64,000 bases of DNA from positions 128,001 to 192,000 of the forward strand of contig JBBIUB010000001.1 of assembly GCA_037440465.1 (NCBI GenBank), written 5' to 3'. This stretch comes from Coprothermobacterota bacterium. Lineage in GTDB: Bacteria > Coprothermobacterota > HKB111. A program made the position numbers and the translations under genes. Shown one piece after another: positions 30,639-39,055 of the stretch (position 1 is its first letter; every line of letters begins with the position of its first letter). The notes beneath the pieces were generated by a model. It was not told the origin of the DNA, did not search any database, and worked only from the letters and a program-made list of their open reading frames with translations.

Positions 30639-31585
30639 TGAAAAAAACGACCTTTTTAAGTATTGCTTTAATAATTCTTGCGCTGTCTTTGCCTTTACCA
30701 TTTTTATACATGCAAAAACCTTCTATTGTTGGCTATTTTAACATGGTAATACTTTTCGCTATTGGTACTCAAGGCCTTAATTTACTTTTGGGATACGCAG
30801 GTCAAGTATCTTTAGGCCATGCGGCTTTCATGGCTATAGGAGGGTACATATCTGCTATCTTAGTTATGAGTTATAATGTTAATAGCCTTTTTGCCATTGT
30901 GATTGCTACAGCTTTTGCTGGTTTATGTGGTCTCCTGGTAGGTTTTCCTTCCCTGAGACTATCCGGATTTTATTTAGCCATAGCAACCATGGCTCTTGGT
31001 AGTGCCACTACTGACCTGATAAAAAGACTAAGCATTACAGGTGGAGACCATGGCTTAAGAAGCATCTCTCCACTTAAGATATTAAATTTTGAATTTTACT
31101 CTGAATTTTCCAAATACTATCTATTCTTATTCATGATGGTGACAATATTTTTACTTGTTAAAAACCTTATTAATAGTAGAAGCGGAAGAGCTCTAAGAGC
31201 AATAAGAGATGCAGAACTGACTGCTGAATCTGTAGGAATAAATGTAGCTTATTATAAACTTGTAGCTTTTGTCTTATCATCAATGATTGCAGGTTTAAGC
31301 GGAGCTTTATATGCTCATTCAGTTTCTTATCTACACCCCAATACTTTTGGGTTAGGTTTCTCTATCGAATTCCTGGCAATGGCTATAGTTGGAGGATTAG
31401 GAACAATCTGGGGTCCTCTTTTAGGGGCATCTTTCTGGGTGCTTCTACCCAGAATCATTGGACCACGATTAGAATACTTATCTACAGTAGTATTTGGTAT
31501 AGCAGTAATACTGAGTGTAATGTTTCTACCATATGGTTTGAGTGAGATTATCTATCGTTTAGAGAAAAAAATGAAATTAAGATAA
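30635..31585 (+). CDS. HAAT-family ABC permease (LivM-like)
   Basis: GLNLLLGYAGQVSLGH, LRLSGFYLAIAT. Confidence 0.9.
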   Translation: MMKKTTFLSIALIILALSLPLPFLYMQKPSIVGYFNMVILFAIGTQGLNLLLGYAGQVSLGHAAFMAIGGYISAILVMSYNVNSLFAIVIATAFAGLCGLLVGFPSLRLSGFYLAIATMALGSATTDLIKRLSITGGDHGLRSISPLKILNFEFYSEFSKYYLFLFMMVTIFLLVKNLINSRSGRALRAIRDAELTAESVGINVAYYKLVAFVLSSMIAGLSGALYAHSVSYLHPNTFGLGFSIEFLAMAIVGGLGTIWGPLLGASFWVLLPRIIGPRLEYLSTVVFGIAVILSVMFLPYGLSEIIYRLEKKMKLR

Positions 31586-32617
31586 AATTGAAAACTCTTC
31601 CCTTATTTCTAATGATAATTCAGCCAGGAGCTTAAGAGCCCTGGCTGAACCTTCTACAGACATAGACGCCAGGCCACAAGAAGGGGTTATAAGACTCTGC
31701 TTTACAACCTGTTTATAAGGAATGCCAATCTCCACGAAGGGTGCAACCGCTTTTTTAAGAAGTTCTTTTAGGCTATATATCGATTCTTTAGCCAGTATTT
31801 CCTCGTCATTAGGAATAATACCCCAGGCAATAATCCCTCCACGCTCAAAGAAAGTTTTTACTTCTTTAGTGTAAAGACCCAGGGACTCAGAATAGTTATA
31901 AGCATCAAAGCTCAAGATATCAATATCAGTGTTTAAGAGTAGTGCCCAGTCGGTATTACCACAACAGTGAATTCCCTTAAGGCCTTGAATTCCCTTAAGA
32001 ACTTCCTTCAGCGATGCGGTTACCAGCTCAGAAGACACAGGAACAAAGGCTGAGCCAAGGGAAACCAGAAAAGGTTCGTCTATAAAAATTATGGTGTTAT
32101 TTGAAATTGTCCTTAGAATCCTTTCCTGCCATGAAACCTTAAATCTCAAAAATCTGGCCAGGTTATCTGTTAGAAGTTCATCATACAAAATCCCTCTGCC
32201 CTCCCGGTCTGTAACCGTAAGTCCCCAGCTTACAGGGCCGGTAATCTGCCCTTTGATCATCCTCGCTTGAGGTGCTCCATGAGAAATAAGAGAGTATAAG
32301 CCTGCTCCATATTCAGCACTCATCTTAAACATATCTAAGTTTTCTTCTTCAAAAAAGTTATATAGTTGTTCCAGGGTAGTATCAAAATCATCAGATTGCA
32401 TTACCTGGACTTTGCTATCTTTTACCACTATACCTGGAAAACCTTCGCTGAACTGTATATACATATTTTCCAGAGTAGAATACCGGGGAAGTTGAGGCCA
32501 GTGGGGAATGTCTGGGAGATATTTAAGAATAAGGGAGAGAGCTTCCTTAGCGGAAACATGAGGCATGCTACCAATAGCTGTTGGCTGGCAGTTAAAATCA
32601 TACTTTCTATCCATCAT
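31577..32617 (-). CDS. Core (single-barrel) methionine synthase, MesB-like
   Basis: TAIGSMPH, WPQLP, KGQITGP, FIDEP, HCC and TPSCGL zinc ligands; about 345 aa with no N-terminal MetE half. Confidence 0.75.
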   Translation of the reverse strand: MMDRKYDFNCQPTAIGSMPHVSAKEALSLILKYLPDIPHWPQLPRYSTLENMYIQFSEGFPGIVVKDSKVQVMQSDDFDTTLEQLYNFFEEENLDMFKMSAEYGAGLYSLISHGAPQARMIKGQITGPVSWGLTVTDREGRGILYDELLTDNLARFLRFKVSWQERILRTISNNTIIFIDEPFLVSLGSAFVPVSSELVTASLKEVLKGIQGLKGIHCCGNTDWALLLNTDIDILSFDAYNYSESLGLYTKEVKTFFERGGIIAWGIIPNDEEILAKESIYSLKELLKKAVAPFVEIGIPYKQVVKQSLITPSCGLASMSVEGSARALKLLAELSLEIREEFSILS

Positions 32618-32743
32618 ACATCTGTACTATTATCTTTGAATATTCTAATTAGCTCCCCTTTCTAACACCCACAACCATCTTTAATATCTTACACTATTAC
32701 AAGTTCTGCATCTGTAAGAAATAGGAGCAGGTGAAGCAGTCTC

Positions 32744-32818
32744 ACCCCCCTCTTTTCTTAGAAGGGGTCTGGGAAGATTATGTAATCCCTCTTAGTCCCC
32801 CTTTAAGAAAGGGGGAGA
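32744..32818. repeat. C-rich/G-rich palindrome family B (two hairpins)
   Basis: cccctcttttcttagaagggg and tccccctttaagaaaggggga. Confidence 0.6.
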
Positions 32819-32868
32819 TGAAAAGTAAAGGATGGTCAGAGAAGATTGTCAAGCCTGACCCCAATATT

Positions 32869-34626
32869 CTAAATCTCTTTCATAAAAGAGGGTAACTCTT
32901 CTTTAGCTAAATCCAGAAAGGACTCAAGACTCATTACTCCAATATCACCTCTCCTTCTTTCCCTGACAGCCACTACAACCTGCTCCTTTTCTCTCTTGCC
33001 AATAATCAACATATAGGGAACTTGTTCAAGTTGAGCAGACTTAATCTTAGATGATAGAGCATCATCTCTTAAGTCCACTTCTACTCTGAACTTCTTTTTT
33101 TTCAGTTCCACTGCAATCATTTGTGCATAATCGTTTTGCTCAGCTTTAACAGGAAGAACTTTTACTTGAATTGGTGCAAGCCACAAAGGAAAAGCTCCAC
33201 TATAATGTTCAATCAAAGCACCAAAGAACCTTTCAAGACTTCCTAGAATAGCCCGATGAACCATAACTGGCTCGTATTCCTTACCATCAGAACCCATATA
33301 TGAAAGGTTAAATCTTTTAGGTAAATTAAAATCCACCTGGACTGTGGAGGCCTGCCATAATCTCCCGATGGCATCCTTTATCTTAATGTCTATAGCAGGA
33401 CCATAGAACTTAGCTTCACCTTCCATTACCTTATACCCCAGATTAAGCTCTGCCATGGATTGTGCTATGGCTTCCTCAGCCATCAACCAAGCGCCTTCTT
33501 CTCCTACATATTTTGACTTATTCTCAGGGTCTCTTACACTAAATTCAATGAAGTATTCTTTAAAACCAAAAGTCTCAAGCATATACCTGGCTAATTCAAT
33601 AACCTCTTTTATCTCATCCTTTAGCTGGTCTCTTCTACAAAAAATATGGGCATCATCCTGAGTAAAACCTCTAACCCTTAGAAGACCATGGAGAACTCCA
33701 GATCTTTCATAGCGATAAACTGTGCCAAGCTCTGCCCACCTCATAGGCAAATCTCTATAGCTTCTAGTCTTTGTTCTGTAGCCTATCATAGCAGCAGGGC
33801 AATTCATGGGTTTCAGAATATAATCTTGCTCTTCAATTTTCATTGACGGATACATGTATTCACTGTAGAAAGACAGGTGGCCACTGTTTTCCCAGAGGTG
33901 CTCTCTAGCTATATGGGGAGTATAGAGAAACTCATAACCTCGGTTTAAATGCTCATCTCTCCAAAAATCTTCCAGGATCTTCCTGACCATCGCTCCTTTA
34001 GGATGCCAGAGAACAAGCCCTGCGCCAATATCATCCTCAATACTATATAACTCCAATTCCTTCCCAAGTTTGCGATGGTCTCTCTTTAAGGCTTCTTCCC
34101 TTCTCTTTAAATACTCTTTCAGTTCCTCAGAGCTAAAGAACACAGTACCATAAATCCTCTGGAGCATGGGGCGTTTCTCATCACCCTTAAAATAAGCCCC
34201 CGCTATACTCAGAAGCTTAAAATGACCAACCTTACCAGTAGAAGAAAGATGAGGACCCCGACATAAATCAACAAACTCTCCTTGTTTATATGCTGTTACT
34301 TCCTCCTCTTCAATTTCGGAGAGTAGTTCTACCTTGTAATCCTGCCCCATTGAAGTAAATAGTTCTATAGCTTTTTCTCTGGGCATCTTCTCAGGAAATA
34401 TAGGGATGTCCTCTTTTATGATTATCTCCATCTCCTTTGTAATAATATCTAAGTCTTCGGGACTAAGACTTCTGGAAAGATCAAAATCATAGTAAAAACC
34501 ATCTTCAATTGCAGGACCAATAGCAAACTTACAATCTTTAAAGAGTCTTCTCACAGCCTGAGCCATTATATGAGAAGTAGTATGGCGTAAAGTTTCTAAG
34601 TTTAAATCTTCTAATAAAACATTCAT
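32869..34626 (-). CDS. thrS: Threonyl-tRNA synthetase (short form without TGS domain)
   Basis: RHTTSH, DLCRGPH, RDHRKLG, KPMNCP, RVRGFTQDDAH, HRAILGSLERF. Confidence 0.97.
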   Translation of the reverse strand: MNVLLEDLNLETLRHTTSHIMAQAVRRLFKDCKFAIGPAIEDGFYYDFDLSRSLSPEDLDIITKEMEIIIKEDIPIFPEKMPREKAIELFTSMGQDYKVELLSEIEEEEVTAYKQGEFVDLCRGPHLSSTGKVGHFKLLSIAGAYFKGDEKRPMLQRIYGTVFFSSEELKEYLKRREEALKRDHRKLGKELELYSIEDDIGAGLVLWHPKGAMVRKILEDFWRDEHLNRGYEFLYTPHIAREHLWENSGHLSFYSEYMYPSMKIEEQDYILKPMNCPAAMIGYRTKTRSYRDLPMRWAELGTVYRYERSGVLHGLLRVRGFTQDDAHIFCRRDQLKDEIKEVIELARYMLETFGFKEYFIEFSVRDPENKSKYVGEEGAWLMAEEAIAQSMAELNLGYKVMEGEAKFYGPAIDIKIKDAIGRLWQASTVQVDFNLPKRFNLSYMGSDGKEYEPVMVHRAILGSLERFFGALIEHYSGAFPLWLAPIQVKVLPVKAEQNDYAQMIAVELKKKKFRVEVDLRDDALSSKIKSAQLEQVPYMLIIGKREKEQVVVAVRERRRGDIGVMSLESFLDLAKEELPSFMKEI

Positions 34627-34643
34627 TAAAACACCTCCTTTAA

Positions 34644-34893
34644 TAATAAAAAACTCTCATCCCTATTTGAGGACGAGAGTTTATCCCGCGGTTCCACCTC
34701 AATTGACTCTGTTTTATATCAGAATCCGCTCAATTAAGCCTTTAACGCAGCCTTGCGTCAGTCCTTGTGAGTTATATCCTCTTTCTTGAACTGCCCCTCC
34801 GGGATGGTGTTTCTCTGTCTTCCTATGGGAGGCTTCCAGCCACGACCTCCCATCTCTTGGTAGGTTAAAACAGAGTACTTTTCCCTTCTTCGG
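34644..34893 (-). promoter_or_regulatory. T-box riboswitch (Thr, specifier ACC)
   Basis: AATTGAGGTGGAACCGCG T-box at about 34687-34704, antiterminator CGTCCTC, terminator hairpin plus U run, stem I with AGTA/AGAG/GCTG motifs, ACC at 34806-34808. Confidence 0.92.
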
Positions 34894-34906
34894 GTTTCTT
34901 TTTATA

Positions 34907-34981
34907 TGGTGGGCGGTGGTGGTCTCGAACCACCGGCCTCTACTGCGTCAGAGTAGCGTTCTCCCGCTGAACTAACCGCCC
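34907..34981 (-). tRNA. tRNA-Val(GAC)
   Basis: GGGCGGTTAGTTCAGC...ctact CTGACGC agtag...GTTCGAG...CCCACCA. Confidence 0.93.
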
Positions 34982-34990
34982 AGTGAGTAA

Positions 34991-35020
34991 ATTATACACT
35001 TACCACAAAATCCCTGTCAA
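34991..35020 (-). promoter_or_regulatory. sigma70 promoter for tRNA-Val/T-box/thrS
   Basis: TTGACA-18 nt-TATAAT. Confidence 0.8.
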
Positions 35021-35024
35021 GCGT

Positions 35025-36365
35025 TCAAAGTACAGGCAGGTATGTCTCCAGCTCGTAATCGGTTACTTGGCAGCGATACTTATCCCACTCTAACTTCTTA
35101 TTCTCAATAAAGTTCTTGAAAACATGCTCCCCCAAAGTCCTCCTCACCAGCTCGCTTTTTTCCGTAAGCTCTATAGCCTCAATAAGACTACCAGGAAGGG
35201 TATCTATCCCTCTTTCAGCCCTCTCCTCCTCCCTCATACGATACACATTCTCCTCAACAGGTTCAGGTAAGGGGTAACCTTTTTCCACCCCCTCCAGACC
35301 TGCTGACAGGATTACAGCAAAGGCTAAGTAAGGATTGCAAGCAGGATCAGGAGCCCGATACTCTATCCGAGTAGCCTCTTCCTTGTCTGGCTTATACCTG
35401 GGAATCCTTATTAAATCAGACCGATTTCTCAAAGCCCAGGATATATATACAGGAGCCTCGTATCCTGGAACAAGCCTTTTATAGGAATTAACCCACTGGT
35501 TGGTAATCAGTGTGATTTCTCTGGAGTGACGCATCAACCCAGCTATAAAGCCCTTAGCCATAGGTGACAGGTTGTATCTATCTTTAGCGTCAAAAAATGC
35601 ATTTCTTCCGTCTTTAAAAAGACTCATATGCACATGCATTCCGGAGCCATTACGTCCGAAGAAAGGCTTGGGTATAAAGGTGGCATAAACACCATTCAGA
35701 TAAGCTACCTCTTTTACCACCAACCTGGCTGTTACAACAACATCCGCCATAGTTAAAGCATCCCTGTATCTAAAGTCTATCTCGTGCTGGGAGGGTGCAC
35801 CTTCATGGTGGGCAAACTCTACCTCTATGCCCATCTCTTCCAACCATAGAATGCTCTGGTGTCTTAAGTTGATGGCCTCATCCCTGGGAATCAGGTCAAA
35901 ATACCCTCCATAATCTAAGACCTCCGGCTTTGAATTAGAGTTCTTCAAATAGAAATACTCCAGCTCAGGACCCACACAAAAGTCAAACCCAGCCACCTTC
36001 GTCCTCCTTAAGACCTTTCTCAATACATTCCTGGGGTCACCCTCGTAAGATACACCGCCAGGCTCTACAATAGTAGCAAACATCCTTGCCACTTTCTTAT
36101 CCCCTCTCCAAGGGAGGATGGTAAAGGTCTCTGCTTCAGGAAAGGCTACCATATCGCTCTCATCAATCCTGGTAAACCCTCTTACCGAAGACCCATCAAA
36201 ACCCAAGCCTTCCTCAAAGGCTTTTTCTAACTCATGGGCAGTAATGGTAAGATTTTTTAAATAACCTAATATATCTGTAAACCAAACCTCAACAAAATAT
36301 ACACCTTCTTCTTTTACATACCTCAGGATATCTTCCTGTGTTCTGGGAAAGTTGTTTGTAAACAT
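35025..36365 (-). CDS. glnA: Glutamine synthetase type I
   Basis: FDGSS, GPELEY, HHEGAPSQHEI, NGSGMH, SYKRLVPGYEAP, RIEYRAPDP. Confidence 0.95.
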   Translation of the reverse strand: MFTNNFPRTQEDILRYVKEEGVYFVEVWFTDILGYLKNLTITAHELEKAFEEGLGFDGSSVRGFTRIDESDMVAFPEAETFTILPWRGDKKVARMFATIVEPGGVSYEGDPRNVLRKVLRRTKVAGFDFCVGPELEYFYLKNSNSKPEVLDYGGYFDLIPRDEAINLRHQSILWLEEMGIEVEFAHHEGAPSQHEIDFRYRDALTMADVVVTARLVVKEVAYLNGVYATFIPKPFFGRNGSGMHVHMSLFKDGRNAFFDAKDRYNLSPMAKGFIAGLMRHSREITLITNQWVNSYKRLVPGYEAPVYISWALRNRSDLIRIPRYKPDKEEATRIEYRAPDPACNPYLAFAVILSAGLEGVEKGYPLPEPVEENVYRMREEERAERGIDTLPGSLIEAIELTEKSELVRRTLGEHVFKNFIENKKLEWDKYRCQVTDYELETYLPVL

Positions 36366-36505
36366 GAAACCTTTCCTCCTTTCTTTCTTAAATAATATTA
36401 AATAATATCATAATCCGTAATGCATGATCCGGGTAAATGGGGACGTGCTACTTTTTACAATCTACCTCTCGGAACTTGTATAAAAACTCACTTGTCAACA
36501 CGCTT

Positions 36506-36673
36506 TGTCATCCTGCTGAATCTTGTGTTGAACTTGGTTCCGCATTATCTCAGCATCTCGTCCTTTATGTCATCCTGAATTAATGCGGATCTCTCTTTTC
36601 ATCATCTATTATTCTTAAAGTATGAGACCCTGAACCAACCCTGATAAGATTTCAGGGCAGGGCTCAGGGTGAC
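36506..36673. repeat. REP-like palindrome family A cluster
   Basis: gtcatcctg...cagcatctc, gtcatcctgaattaatgcggatctc, and nested tgagaccctgaacc-[aaccctgataagatttcagggcaggg]-ctcagggtgac. Confidence 0.7.
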
Positions 36674-36701
36674 TTCAGGGTAGGGCTTAAATACTCATGT
36701 C

Positions 36702-36834
36702 TCTGACATGTGGTCGGTAATCCGTAATGCGTAATCGGTAATCTGTGATGTGTGATCAGTAATTGGTAAACCATAACTCGTCACCTGTAACTCTTCATAG
36801 ATTTTCTGTCACCCATCACTCATCACTCATCACA
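36702..36834. repeat. Inverted 7-nt-period array
   Basis: ggtaatc cgtaatg cgtaatc ggtaatc tgtgatg tgtgatc, followed by complementary units cgtcacc catcact catcact. Confidence 0.8.
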
Positions 36835-36839
36835 ATTTT

Positions 36840-37298
36840 TCAAAGCAGGCTCCTTATCCAGTTTATGATACCCAGAGTAGCCAGAAGCACCTTAACTCCA
36901 GCCAGGATAACCCCGAAAAAGATAGCAAAAAAAGCTCTCTTAGGATCCATCCCCAGAAGCCAGCTTATAATGGTGCCTGTGTATGCCCCGGTTCCAGGAA
37001 GTGGTACAGCTACAAAGAGGGTTAAACCTAAAAAGCTGTATCTGTCCACCCAGGGTTGACCCCTTTTTCTCGCTCTTTCCAGGTAAAGATGGAAAGGTTT
37101 CCATTTAGAAAGGAGTCTTTCATAAAATAATTCCAAGCCAAAAAATACTGGAAGAAAGAGTAAAGCATTGGCCAGGACAGCTATAGAGAAGGTAAGGATA
37201 GGGTCAAGCCCCAAAGATAATCCAAGGGGAATACCTCCCCTCAGTTCACTTACTGGTGTTAAGGTTGCCAGAAGAACCAGGATAATCTTTTCCAGCAT
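36840..37298 (-). CDS. Small multidrug export-like membrane protein
   Basis: PVSELRGGIP, FVAVPLPGTGAYTG. Confidence 0.8.
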   Translation of the reverse strand: MLEKIILVLLATLTPVSELRGGIPLGLSLGLDPILTFSIAVLANALLFLPVFFGLELFYERLLSKWKPFHLYLERARKRGQPWVDRYSFLGLTLFVAVPLPGTGAYTGTIISWLLGMDPKRAFFAIFFGVILAGVKVLLATLGIINWIRSLL

Positions 37299-37323
37299 TA
37301 TTAGAAAATTCCAGTGAGTGATT

Positions 37324-37424
37324 TCATCTCTTTAGATTCTGGGGTAGAAGGTTAGGTATATAGCGAGTTGAAACCTGTCTTTACATATTGTACATGTCAG
37401 AATTTCCATAAGCTCTTTTCTCAT
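37324..37424 (-). pseudogene. Trm112-like protein with internal deletion and frameshift
   Basis: GGAGG SD + MRKELMEILTCTICK..., with YIPNLLP in another frame; the second CxxC region is missing. Confidence 0.7.
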
Positions 37425-37471
37425 AAGAAGAACCTCCCTTAGTTTACACCACCAGAATAATATCACATTTA

Positions 37472-37669
37472 ATCTGTGACATGTAATTGGGGAAGTGTGA
37501 TATGTGATCTGTGACGTGTTATCTGTAATAAGTGATCGCTAAAAAGAGTCGAGAACTCTGTAAAATGTAATTTGTAATTATCATCCATCACTCGTTACTC
37601 GTCAATCGTCACAGCTTATCCATTACTCGTCACCTGTCACATGTCACAGCCATTTCGTCACTCGTCACC
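37472..37669. repeat. Inverted 7-nt-period array
   Basis: tgtgaca tgtaatt..tgtgata tgtgatc tgtgacg, then catcact cgttact cgtcaat cgtcaca..cgtcacc tgtcaca. Confidence 0.8.
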
Positions 37670-37703
37670 GCATTTATGTTATACTCGTATAAAGCGAGGT
37701 TTT

Positions 37704-38135
37704 ATGGAAACAGGATTTAATAAATACTCTTCCTTAAAGACGCCATACGGAACTCTGACGGATAAACTAACCAGAGCTCTGGAGAAGAAATATGGTGATA
37801 AATTCCTTTCTTTAATTATTTTTGGGTCAGTTGCAAGAGGAAAGGGGAGAAAAGATAGCGATGTAGATTCACTTTTAATCATTGATTCCCTTCCAAGGGG
37901 TGCGATGGCAAAGCAGAGAGAGTTTACAGAGGTGGAAAAAGAAATAGAAGGATATTTAAACATGGCGGAGGATGCAATAGTGGTATATGATAAAGATGAT
38001 TTTTTCAAAAACATCCTGGAAAAGATTAGGAAAGGGCTTAAAGATTTAGAATCCAAAAGAGTCAGGTTGGGGAGTAGATGGTACTGGGTTTTAAAACCAG
38101 ATTATCGTTTTAAAGAGGTAACAAGGATTGGATAA
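37704..38135 (+). CDS. Minimal nucleotidyltransferase (MNT antitoxin), possibly internally deleted
   Basis: GAGG SD + ATG 37704; IIFGSVARG...DSDVD; C-terminal WYWVLKPD; overlaps HEPN. Confidence 0.75.
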   Translation: METGFNKYSSLKTPYGTLTDKLTRALEKKYGDKFLSLIIFGSVARGKGRKDSDVDSLLIIDSLPRGAMAKQREFTEVEKEIEGYLNMAEDAIVVYDKDDFFKNILEKIRKGLKDLESKRVRLGSRWYWVLKPDYRFKEVTRIG

Positions 38136-38561
38136 TATCAAAATGGCCAACTCATATCTAAAGCAGACTGAAGAAAGGTTAAAACATTCAAAGGAGACCT
38201 TGAGTGGTAATTATGCTTATGTGATTGGGCAGAGTCAAGAGGCAGTTGAACTCTCCTTTAAAGCTTCTTTTAGAATTGTGGGGATTGAAGCGCCTAAATT
38301 TCATGATGTTGACCCTATATTAAGGAGAAGTTCGAGTTATTTCCCAACATGGTTCGGAAAAGAAATAGAAAAGATGTCTTCTATCTGAAGAATACTGAGG
38401 AGAGAAAGAGAGCAAAGTATGTACGGGGATAATAAGTTAGCTTTATAGCCAGACGAATTGACACCCCTGAAGATGCTAAGACAGCCTTTGAGGATGCTTT
38501 ATATGTCTTTAATAACTGCAAGAAATTATCGGATGAAATAGAAGGCAAAGGAGAGAGGTGA
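38128..38561 (+). pseudogene. HEPN domain toxin, disrupted
   Basis: SQEAVELSFKA, PKFHDV; in-frame TGA at 38386, then REQSMYG, a TAG, and a frameshift to TPEDAKTAFEDA. Confidence 0.8.
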
Positions 38562-38570
38562 TTCTATCTT

Positions 38571-38672
38571 ATGGAAGTTGAGTTAGATAAAGTCATAGAA
38601 GAGCTAAAAAACAAACCTGAAGTAATAGTGGTTATCTTGTTTAAAAAAAGAGAATCGTCCCCTTCATGTTAG
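38571..38672 (+). pseudogene. N-terminal fragment of a second MNT
   Basis: MEVELDKVIEELKNKPEVIVVILF breaks off exactly where GS would follow. Confidence 0.5.
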
Positions 38673-39049
38673 AAGAAGAGTTTGTTGAGATAGCTATTCA
38701 TGTTTTAGAAGAGATTAAGGAATACTTTGAAGGAAGGATAGATAATGTAGAGGTCGTCATAGAAGACCTTCCTTCTGATGAAGAAGTAATTTCCCTTGGT
38801 CTTAGCAGTCCTTATGACCTTCTAGGGCTTTACCATGGACACCCCTTCCCTTACCGTGGAAGAGCCTATACTTTTGTTCTGCCTGATAAAATCACCCTTT
38901 ATCGTATACCCATTGAACTTAGAGCAAAGGATGAAGGTAATATTCCCCGGGTTATAGAAGAGATTCTGATCCATGAGATAGGTCACTACCTGGGGTTAAG
39001 TGACAGCCAGTTAAGAAGATTAGAAAGAGAAAGGAAAAGGAGGTCTTAA
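38666..39049 (+). CDS. Zincin-like metallopeptidase family protein
   Basis: LLGLYHG, PDKITLYR, HEIGH. Confidence 0.85.
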   Translation: MLEEEFVEIAIHVLEEIKEYFEGRIDNVEVVIEDLPSDEEVISLGLSSPYDLLGLYHGHPFPYRGRAYTFVLPDKITLYRIPIELRAKDEGNIPRVIEEILIHEIGHYLGLSDSQLRRLERERKRRS

Positions 39050-39055
39050 TTCAAA

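Noticed and set aside
36763..37059. 98-aa plus-strand ORF
   Set aside because: Translation of heptamer repeats plus antisense of the exporter gene
37641..37703. N-terminal extension of MNT
   Set aside because: Lies in the repeat array; an SD precedes ATG 37704
38386..38450. Selenocysteine/pyrrolysine readthrough of TGA/TAG in HEPN
   Set aside because: A frameshift follows and the positions are not catalytic; simple decay is more likely
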